23,144 bases of DNA, from assembly GCA_009784685.1 (NCBI GenBank), contig WRBF01000025.1:1-23144 (forward strand), read 5' to 3'. The notes beneath the pieces were generated by a model, which did not search any database, was not told the DNA's origin, and saw only the letters and a list, made by a program, of their open reading frames with translations. This stretch comes from Defluviitaleaceae bacterium (lineage in GTDB: Bacteria > Bacillota > Clostridia > Lachnospirales > WRBF01). Both the position numbers and the translations under genes were made by a program. Shown piece by piece: positions 1 to 6,525 of the stretch. Numbering within the stretch: the stretch's first letter is position 1; every line of letters begins with the position of its first letter.

Positions 1-106
1 ATGCACAATGCACAATGCACAATGCACAATGCACAATGCACAATGCACAATGCACAATGCACAATGCACAATGCACAATGCACAATGCACAATGCACAAT
101 GCACAA
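1..106. repeat. Perfect tandem heptanucleotide microsatellite (ATGCACA)x15; it starts at the window edge, so the true length is probably greater
   Basis: Direct reading shows 15 identical 7-bp units with no degeneracy. The run ends 7 nt from the hydF stop codon (113-115 on the minus strand). Confidence 0.95.
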
Positions 107-112
107 AATATT

Positions 113-1342
113 TTAACTTCTGGGGGCTTTTGATTGCAAGCTTTTATTTGTGCTTTGTGATTTGTAATTTGTAATTTGATGGCAGGCTCTTGGCAATATC
201 CCCTGCATATAACTTATTGCTACACCGAAATTTGTCATTGGTATGCCTGCTTCTTTGGCGGAGTTTAACCTGTAACGCATTTCGCAGTTATTTTGCATAC
301 ATCCGCCGCAGTGAATAATGATTTTATACGCAGATAGATCATCTGGAAACTCACCGCCGGAAGTGAACACATATTCAGGCTTTGCACCGGTATACTTTTC
401 AAGCAAACGTGGTATTTTAACCGTTCCTATATCGTCACATTGACGGTGATGTGTACAGCCTTCCGCAATCAAAACTTTGTCTCCGTCTTTAATGTCATCA
501 ATCTTTTTTGCGCTGACAGCCGCATACTCCAACACTCCTTTATAGCGTGCCATAAGTATAGAAAACGAAGTAAGCCCCACATGAGACGGCACAATCTTAG
601 ACACCTCGTCAAAAACCTGGCTGTCTGTAATAACAAGTTTAGGCGGCTCTTTAAGCTTATCAAAGACTTCTTTCAATTCATTCGGCTGTACAGTAACACA
701 AATTGCACCCGCTTCCAGTACATCTCGTATAACTTGCTGCTGCGGAAGTATCAATCTGCCTTTTGGTGCGCCTGCATCAATAGGCGTTACAAGCACCACA
801 ACATCACCTGAATCAAGCAAATCAGCCGCAAGCCTCTCTTTTTCTTCATCATCTGCCCCTGTTTTCGCTATAAGCTCTTTCAACTTATTAATATTTTGGC
901 CTGTCTTTGCACTAACTTTTATACCATCGCTAGGATTAGATTCCACTGAGTCACATTTATCGCATTTATTGTATACAGTTAAGTATTTCACGCCCATTCT
1001 TTCAAATGTGCTTATAAATTCATTTTCGAAATCGCCTAGCCCTTCCTCGGAATCAACAACAAGCAAGGCGATATCCGTCTTGCGCAAAATATTTTTTGCC
1101 TTATCAATGCGCAGTTTACCAAGCTCGCCTTCATCATCTATGCCCGGAGTGTCAATAAACACAACCGGACCTATAGGTAAAAGCTCCATCGTTTTGTAAA
1201 CAGGGTCTGTAGTCGTTCCTTTAACATCAGAAACAACCGCCGCATTCTGCCCTGTAATAGCGTTTAATAAGCTGGATTTACCTGCGTTTCGTCTTCCAAA
1301 AATTCCAATATGCAAACGCTCTCCGCGCGGCGTATTATTCAT
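113..1342 (-). CDS. hydF: [FeFe]-hydrogenase maturation GTPase HydF
   Basis: The ORF-track protein has an N-terminal GTPase P-loop (GIFGRRNAGKSSLLN, DTPGIDD, NKCD). Its C-terminal Fe-S ligand motifs (CTHHRQCDD...HCGGC) are typical of HydF. The ATG at 1340-1342 (MNNTPRGERLHIGIFGRR) is preferred over the TTG at 1360. It lies 14 nt after the hydG stop and has GGGG 8 nt upstream. Confidence 0.9.
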   Translation of the reverse strand: MNNTPRGERLHIGIFGRRNAGKSSLLNAITGQNAAVVSDVKGTTTDPVYKTMELLPIGPVVFIDTPGIDDEGELGKLRIDKAKNILRKTDIALLVVDSEEGLGDFENEFISTFERMGVKYLTVYNKCDKCDSVESNPSDGIKVSAKTGQNINKLKELIAKTGADDEEKERLAADLLDSGDVVVLVTPIDAGAPKGRLILPQQQVIRDVLEAGAICVTVQPNELKEVFDKLKEPPKLVITDSQVFDEVSKIVPSHVGLTSFSILMARYKGVLEYAAVSAKKIDDIKDGDKVLIAEGCTHHRQCDDIGTVKIPRLLEKYTGAKPEYVFTSGGEFPDDLSAYKIIIHCGGCMQNNCEMRYRLNSAKEAGIPMTNFGVAISYMQGILPRACHQITNYKSQSTNKSLQSKAPRS

Positions 1343-1356
1343 GTTCCAGCCCCATT

Positions 1357-2691
1357 TCAAATAGAATTCTTGCCGGCACTAGCGATAATTTTATCGCCAA
1401 GCAGCCGTGTTTCATCATCCGCATAATCCGCTAAATATTCACTTAGAGTTATAATCGCATTGGAATTACACTGCTTCTTAATCAACCCTGATTTGCATAA
1501 CTCCATAAATCGCTGACCTACTCGCCCTTCTTGATAACATGCAGTGCAAAAGCTCGGAATATATCCAATTTCCAACAGCCAGCGCACAACTTCGCCTAGG
1601 CTGCGGTTATCGCTAATTTCGAACTGGCTTGTGTCCTCGGTTATATTTTGTGAGCTATATCCCCCGATGTTGGTGCGTGAACCGCCGCTTATCTGTGAAA
1701 CTCCCACATCTAAAACCCTGCGCCTACAAGCCTCGCTTTCCCGTGTAGAAACAATAATCCCTGTGTATGGCACGCTTATACGCAAGCAAGCGACAATCCT
1801 TTCAAACGTATCGTCGTCTATGCCATATTTAAAGCTATTCGTTGAAATAGTCCCGGAACGTCGTATGCGTGGAACGCTCATAGTATGAGGGCCAACGCCA
1901 TGCACGGCCTCAAGATGCTCGGCGTGCATAAGCATAGCCGCAAACTCATAACGATAATCCGCCAGTCCAAACAACACGCCAATACCAACATCATCTATCC
2001 CGCCCTGCATTGCCCTGTCCATAGCCTCTGTATGCCAAGCATAATCAGATTTAGGTCCGGCTAAATGAACAGACTTATACGTTTCCTCGTGATAAGTTTC
2101 CTGAAACAAAATGTATGTCCCTATATCAGCGGTTTTAAGCTTGCGATATTCTTCAACCGATGCGGCGGCAATATTAACATTAACACGCCGGATAGCTCCG
2201 TTTTTATGCTTAATGCTATAGATTGTGTCGATAGATTCCAATATGTAATCAATAGGGCTGTGTTCAGGGCTATACCCTGCTTCTAACGCAAGCCGCTTAT
2301 GTCCCATATCCTGCAAGGCAATAACTTCACGTCTTATTTCGTCCTGTGTCAGCTTCTTGCGAACCATGTTGTTGTTTTTAGCGTTGTACGAGCAATAAAT
2401 ACAGCCGTTATCGCAGTAATTAGACAAATAAAGCGGCGCAAACAATACAACACGTTTACCGTAAAACTCTTGCTTTAACTTTCCCGCAAGCTCAAAAAGC
2501 TCACCGCTTTCGCCGCCTACAAGCAGCAATAAGGCTTCTCGGTGGTTAAGACCTTTTTTCTCTGAAGCTTTTCGCATGACCTTACTAATTAATTCACGAT
2601 TCCCCTTATTTTCATCTGCCCAAGCAAGTGCTGATTCAATTTCATCATGACTAATAAATTCTCTCGCATTAAGAGATTTCGCATCATACAT
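1357..2691 (-). CDS. hydG: [FeFe]-hydrogenase maturase HydG (radical SAM tyrosine lyase, ThiH-like)
   Basis: The protein is 444 aa with a radical-SAM CX3CX2C motif (CDNGCIYC). A second C-terminal cluster motif (CTACYQ...C) is characteristic of HydG. The N-terminus MYDAKSLNAREFISHDEIE is HydG-like. It sits between hydE and hydF. Confidence 0.9.
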   Translation of the reverse strand: MYDAKSLNAREFISHDEIESALAWADENKGNRELISKVMRKASEKKGLNHREALLLLVGGESGELFELAGKLKQEFYGKRVVLFAPLYLSNYCDNGCIYCSYNAKNNNMVRKKLTQDEIRREVIALQDMGHKRLALEAGYSPEHSPIDYILESIDTIYSIKHKNGAIRRVNVNIAAASVEEYRKLKTADIGTYILFQETYHEETYKSVHLAGPKSDYAWHTEAMDRAMQGGIDDVGIGVLFGLADYRYEFAAMLMHAEHLEAVHGVGPHTMSVPRIRRSGTISTNSFKYGIDDDTFERIVACLRISVPYTGIIVSTRESEACRRRVLDVGVSQISGGSRTNIGGYSSQNITEDTSQFEISDNRSLGEVVRWLLEIGYIPSFCTACYQEGRVGQRFMELCKSGLIKKQCNSNAIITLSEYLADYADDETRLLGDKIIASAGKNSI

Positions 2692-3712
2692 CAGAATAAT
2701 CCCCCCTGTCTACAACTATTTCACAGCCGATGCTGTTCATACGCCGTCCAATGCACCCACGGCAAAGCTGTGCGCTTTCATCTGTACAAATTTTGTTGTC
2801 GTACAGCATATATTTTTCACGAGCATACTCCGGCGAAAGGTTAGGCATAACCACATTTGCCCCTGCCAAAACCCCCATCTCTCGCCCTGTTGGTTCCAAT
2901 GATCCTAACGCAGTAGTCGCAGGGATCAATAAATGAGGATTAATCAGCCGCAATACAGCAAGCGTGTTAAGCGTAAGCTGTAAATCGCCCCGTTTTTCAC
3001 CTGCAAACGGCGTTGATGAATGAGGAATAAACGGGCCGATTCCAACCATAGCAGGGTCAAGATCTTTGATAAATAACAAGTCATCCACAATGCAATCCAA
3101 AGTTTGCCCGGGAGAACCAATCAAAAACCCGCACCCAACCTGATAACCAATCTCTTTCAAATTCTTCAAACATTTTTGCCGATCTGAAAGCATCATATCA
3201 GACGGATGAAGCATAGCATAATGTTCCTCATTTGAAGTTTCCTGCCTAAGCAGATATCTGTCTGCGCCAGCATCCCGCAAACGCTTTAAGCTCTTATAAT
3301 CACGTTCACCAAGCGATAATGTAACGGCGCAATCGGCATAATCATACTTAATAGCCCGAACAATATCAACCAATATTTCATCGGTATAGTAAGGATCCTC
3401 GCCACCTTGAAGCACAAATGTACGAAATCCAAGTTCATACCCCTCGGCACAGCAGCTAAGAATCTCATCTTTCGTTAATCTATATCGTTGTGCATCCGTG
3501 TTGCCAGTCCGCAGACCGCAATAATAACAATTTCTCTTGCAATAACTGGTAAACTCGATTAAACCACGCATATAAATCTTGTTCCCAAAAACTCTCTCTC
3601 TTACTGCTTTTGCACGCTCATGCAAATATTTATCTTCACAAACCAGAACAGCTTTAAACTCGTCACGAGTAAGAAGCCGATCTCTTTCAAGCCTGTCTAT
3701 CAACTCTCTCAT
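2684..3712 (-). CDS. hydE: [FeFe]-hydrogenase maturase HydE (radical SAM, BioB-like)
   Basis: The protein is about 342 aa with a radical-SAM motif (CKRNCYYCGLR) and a BioB-like fold signature. The start is moved to the ATG at 3710-3712 (MRELIDRL) because GAGGT lies 7 nt upstream, whereas the ATG at 3718 has the SD immediately adjacent. It overlaps the hydG start by 8 nt. Confidence 0.88.
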   Translation of the reverse strand: MRELIDRLERDRLLTRDEFKAVLVCEDKYLHERAKAVRERVFGNKIYMRGLIEFTSYCKRNCYYCGLRTGNTDAQRYRLTKDEILSCCAEGYELGFRTFVLQGGEDPYYTDEILVDIVRAIKYDYADCAVTLSLGERDYKSLKRLRDAGADRYLLRQETSNEEHYAMLHPSDMMLSDRQKCLKNLKEIGYQVGCGFLIGSPGQTLDCIVDDLLFIKDLDPAMVGIGPFIPHSSTPFAGEKRGDLQLTLNTLAVLRLINPHLLIPATTALGSLEPTGREMGVLAGANVVMPNLSPEYAREKYMLYDNKICTDESAQLCRGCIGRRMNSIGCEIVVDRGDYSDV

Positions 3713-3721
3713 AATCATACC

Positions 3722-3964
3722 TCATTTTGAATAAACGGTTTTTACGCTTACTCCGTTCAATCTCCCTATTTTCCCGGATAACGCACTGATTTTATCATGC
3801 GGCGCATCCATAACCACGCTAATTACATTCATCTTCCGCTGCCTATACGGAATGCCCATACGTCCAATAATCCCGTCCGCATATTCATGCAAAATACCAT
3901 TCACTTCCGCAACGCTTTCCATGTCCTCAACAATAATAGCCACAACAGCAACCCTTGTTTCCAT
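3722..3964 (-). CDS. TM1266-family iron-only hydrogenase system regulator (small ACT/NikR-like protein)
   Basis: The 80-aa product METRVAVVAIIVEDMESVAEVNGILHEYADGIIGRMGIPYRQRKMNVISVVMDAPHDKISALSGKIGRLNGVSVKTVYSK matches the small regulator often found upstream of hydE/G/F. The ATG at 3962-3964 has AAGGGTGG 5 nt upstream. The 120-aa track ORF adds an N-terminal extension that runs through a terminator hairpin and is rejected. Confidence 0.75.
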   Translation of the reverse strand: METRVAVVAIIVEDMESVAEVNGILHEYADGIIGRMGIPYRQRKMNVISVVMDAPHDKISALSGKIGRLNGVSVKTVYSK

Positions 3965-3985
3965 ATAAACCACCCTTCGTACTAA

Positions 3986-4012
3986 ACAAAAAAGCGCCCC
4001 GAAAGGCGCAAT
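3986..4012 (-). terminator. Intrinsic-terminator-like hairpin plus U-run inside the hyd leader, about 22 nt upstream of the regulator ATG
   Basis: The minus-strand RNA reads GCGCC-UUUCGG-GGCGC followed by UUUUUUG. It is a GC-rich 5-6 bp stem, a 6-nt loop and a 6-U tract. Confidence 0.55.
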
Positions 4013-4081
4013 AATCCTACAATACAAAAAAGAATCACAGCACCTTCCTCTTTGAGCAAAAATTGGTCTCAGAGTCAGGAA

Positions 4082-4126
4082 CAATTGTTAATGCACAATT
4101 ATCAATTAACAATGCACAATTAAAAG
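4082..4126. repeat. Array of ~14-bp motifs (TTAACAATGCACAATT-like) related to the ATGCACA heptamer, located in the hyd leader
   Basis: Direct reading gives caattgttaatgcacaattatcaattaacaatgcacaattaaaag. The same motif family occurs at 1-106, 4388-4438 and 5688-5790. Confidence 0.8.
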
Positions 4127-4296
4127 ATTAAAAACAAAAGCCTTCTGTTTTGTGCATTGCCAAAGGCATTTGAATGCCTTTGATGGATTGATGGCAGGGC
4201 GGTGTATCCTGCATCTCAAGTACCTCTTTCAAGGTGTGTCGGGAACCATTTCCGACCTCAACAACCCAACATAAATTATGCTTATTCAACTACATA

Positions 4297-4326
4297 ATTA
4301 TGCACTAAAACACACACATTTGTCAA
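4297..4326 (-). promoter_or_regulatory. Sigma-A-like promoter directed toward the hyd operon (TTGACA-18-CATAAT)
   Basis: The minus strand reads ttgacaaatgtgtgtgttttagtgcataat, with the -35 at 4326-4321 and the -10 at 4302-4297. This implies a leader of about 325 nt before the regulator ATG at 3964. Confidence 0.4.
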
Positions 4327-4387
4327 TATCATTTTTAAAAATGTCGCAGATTACAAAGCACAAATAAAAAATTGACACAAAAACCGT

Positions 4388-4438
4388 CAGAAGTTAAAAT
4401 ATTTTGTACATTGTACATTGTGCATTGTGCTTTGCATT
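4388..4438. repeat. Inverted copy of the window-start repeat (cagaagttaaaatattttg plus degenerate TRCATTG heptamers)
   Basis: The stretch 4388-4407 (cagaagttaaaatattttgt) is the exact reverse complement of 104-123. It is followed by tacattg tacattg tgcattg tgctttg. It lies directly 3' of the gpr stop. Confidence 0.85.
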
Positions 4439-5429
4439 AACCGTACCGCCAAACATCCCCCTTACCAACCCCTTGATTGAGCGCAATGTTAAGCCCATTT
4501 GCTATTATAACCGAAAGGTCGTTAACGACATCATCAACTTCTTTTGGCGTTACGAACATGTTGCCGTCGTATGGTTCAAGGGCTGATAGTATCATAGGGT
4601 ATTTTTCTTCGGATGAAAGTTCTTTTATTATGCTGTAAAATGCTGCGCCGCTATTTGATTCTGCTTGAAGATCGCTTAATATCCCATCAAGAACGTCGTT
4701 TACCATAGTTGCCGCATCAACAACGGTTGGTACGCCGATTGCTATAACCTTTACACCCAACGTTTTTTCATTTAATTCTACCCGCTTGTTGCCCATTCCT
4801 GCCCCCGGGCTTATGCCTGTATCGGATATTTGTATCGTTGAATTTATGCGGCTTAGTTCTCTGGCGGCTAATGCATCTATTGCGATTATTAAATCGGGTT
4901 TTATCCTGTCTGTTACACCTTTAACGATTTCATATGTTTCAATGCCGGTTATGCCTAAAACCCCCGGAGAAATTGATGCAACAGCACGCACCTTTCCTTC
5001 AAGCTCTTTAGGGATTATTCCTTCGTTTTTTAAATGCCGTGTAACAAGAACCTTTTCAGCGGCACGAGGACCCAGTGCATCAGGCGTTACATTTCTGTTG
5101 CCGAGCCCTACTACAAGAATCACGCCGTCGCTTTTTAGCCCGTGTAAGTTCCCTACTATATCTGCCAAAACTTTGATTATTTCTTCATGCGTCTCTTTGT
5201 CACGTTCTTTAACTGCGGCAGATTCTATCGTTATATAATTCCCGATTGGCTTTCTAAGCTGATTTTCTCCGTTTTCATTCGTAATTTTCACATGAACAAC
5301 CCTTATTTCCCCATTACAAAATTCCTGCTCGTTTACGACAACTCCGTCGATAAAACTTGCTTCTTGTTCTTCGCATAGCATTTCGTGTGCTTCTATAGCT
5401 AAGTCTGTTACAACATTTCTTTTTTTCAT
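4437..5429 (-). CDS. gpr: Spore germination protease (GPR endopeptidase)
   Basis: The 330-aa protein carries the conserved GPR motifs GLGNRNVTPDALGPR, IIAIDALAAREL, ISDTGISPGAGMGNKR and MFVTPKEVD. It has an ATG start with GGAGGGG upstream. Confidence 0.9.
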   Translation of the reverse strand: MKKRNVVTDLAIEAHEMLCEEQEASFIDGVVVNEQEFCNGEIRVVHVKITNENGENQLRKPIGNYITIESAAVKERDKETHEEIIKVLADIVGNLHGLKSDGVILVVGLGNRNVTPDALGPRAAEKVLVTRHLKNEGIIPKELEGKVRAVASISPGVLGITGIETYEIVKGVTDRIKPDLIIAIDALAARELSRINSTIQISDTGISPGAGMGNKRVELNEKTLGVKVIAIGVPTVVDAATMVNDVLDGILSDLQAESNSGAAFYSIIKELSSEEKYPMILSALEPYDGNMFVTPKEVDDVVNDLSVIIANGLNIALNQGVGKGDVWRYG

Positions 5430-5532
5430 CTGTGCCCCTCCGGTTAATTGCTTCTATTTGTATAATTCACATAAAATTCGTTAATTATAATATTATTGTA
5501 GAAAATATTTATGGAAAAAGGAGCAAATTATA

Positions 5533-5688
5533 ATGGACAAAAAAACTCAACAAAGAATCATCGACGAAAGTTTAAAAAAAAATTCGAATGTTGTTTCGGC
5601 AACAGATTTAACAGGGCTTATGAGCTCAATGCCTGAAAATTTTGAACAATCAAAAGCTTTGAAGGATATTTATCCGATACAGAAGTAA
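5533..5688 (+). CDS. Hypothetical small protein (51 aa), divergent from gpr
   Basis: The ATG at 5533 is preceded by AAAAGGAGC with 9-nt spacing. The product is MDKKTQQRIIDESLKKNSNVVSATDLTGLMSSMPENFEQSKALKDIYPIQK. It is below the 60-aa ORF-track cut-off. It is followed immediately by a long palindrome that could act as a terminator. Confidence 0.35.
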   Translation: MDKKTQQRIIDESLKKNSNVVSATDLTGLMSSMPENFEQSKALKDIYPIQK

Positions 5689-5790
5689 ATTATCAATTAA
5701 CAATGCACAATTGACAATGCACAATTAAAGCCAATGATTCCTATTAATCTTTCCATTGTGCATTGTGCATTGATAATTGTGCATTGTTTC
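5688..5790. repeat. Approximately 100-bp near-palindrome built from CAATGCACAATT motifs (forward copies, about 26-nt loop, reverse copies)
   Basis: The left arm reads aattatcaattaacaatgcacaattgacaatgcacaatt and the right arm reads ccattgtgcattgtgcattgataattgtgcattg. The arms pair over about 35 bp, with one extra heptamer in the right arm. Confidence 0.8.
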
Positions 5791-5871
5791 TCAAGGGTAA
5801 TTGTTCGAAATATAATTTTCCCGAAATTTTTTATTTTTTTTGATTTACAACTTACACTTTCAGCCATTTTA

Positions 5872-5880
5872 TGTTATAAT
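5872..5880 (+). promoter_or_regulatory. Extended -10 promoter element (TGtTATAAT) upstream of the CarD-like gene
   Basis: The sequence tatgttataat is present. No good -35 is found. A 120-nt leader with a CCCCC/GGGGG hairpin follows. Confidence 0.35.
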
Positions 5881-6006
5881 GAAATATACTAATAGCGTTT
5901 TAACTTTTTATTGCGTCGAAAATTAAATTATTTCACAGTTTTGGCGGCGCAACCCCCTTTTAACCGGGGGATAAATATTTAGTTTGTAGTTGTATTAGGG
6001 GGCAGT

Positions 6007-6516
6007 TTGAAGGTGTTTTGCGTTGGAGACAAAATTGTATACCCGATGTATGGTGCGGGCATTATAGAAGATCTTGAGCATAAGTCTATCGACGGAGGGC
6101 TTACGAACAACGTCTATTATGTGCTTAACATACCGGTTGGTAATTTAAAGATAATGCTCTCAGCTAACAAGGCGGTCGGTTTAGGTGTTCGTGAAATATC
6201 ACACGAAGACGAGGTTGTTGATATTATCGAAAGTATTATGTCCGAACCTATAGACATGCCTGAAAATTGGAACGAGCGATATAAGCTCAATATGGAAAAA
6301 ATTAAAACCGGTCGGCTTTCTGAGGCTGCTCTTGTTTTTAGAAATCTTATGATACGGGAGCAAAAGCGTGTTTTATCAAGCGCAGAAAAAAAGGTTTTAA
6401 CAAGCGCAAAGCAAGTAATTCTTTCCGAGCTTATACTTTCGCTTAATATCGAAAAATCTGAAGCTGAAGCAATTTTAATGCGAACTTTGGAAAAAAGTGT
6501 TTTTGCTGTTAACTAA
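6007..6516 (+). CDS. CarD/CdnL-family transcriptional regulator (RNA polymerase-interacting)
   Basis: The N-terminus KVFCVGDKIVYPMYGAGIIEDLEHKSIDGGLTNNVYYV..KIMLSANKA and the later KIKTGRLSEAALVFRNLMIREQKR are typical of the CarD_CdnL_TRCF N-domain plus the helical C-domain. The TTG start at 6007 has GGGGG 6 nt upstream. Confidence 0.75.
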   Translation: MKVFCVGDKIVYPMYGAGIIEDLEHKSIDGGLTNNVYYVLNIPVGNLKIMLSANKAVGLGVREISHEDEVVDIIESIMSEPIDMPENWNERYKLNMEKIKTGRLSEAALVFRNLMIREQKRVLSSAEKKVLTSAKQVILSELILSLNIEKSEAEAILMRTLEKSVFAVN

Positions 6517-6525
6517 TTCCCCGGG

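Noticed and set aside
1-106. Possibility that the tandem repeat is a CRISPR array
   Set aside because: It has 7-bp units with no spacers and is a simple microsatellite. The dispersed MITE copies are also irregularly spaced (kb apart) and are not repeat-spacer arrays. No cas genes are present.
3965-4084. 40-aa N-terminal extension of the TM1266-like regulator ORF
   Set aside because: The extension reads through the terminator hairpin and the motif array. The ATG at 3964 has a good SD and gives the canonical ~80-aa protein.
4127-4404. Invertible promoter (phase-variation switch) for the hyd operon
   Set aside because: The inverted motif arrays do flank the promoter. However, the shared exact inverted repeat is only about 11 bp of a motif that recurs throughout this region. 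No recombinase gene is nearby. It is kept only as a low-prior note inside a finding.
4786-5238. 150-aa ORF antisense to gpr, and 440..811 / 469..663 antisense to hydF
   Set aside because: They lie inside well-supported conserved genes, have no RBS and have non-protein-like composition.
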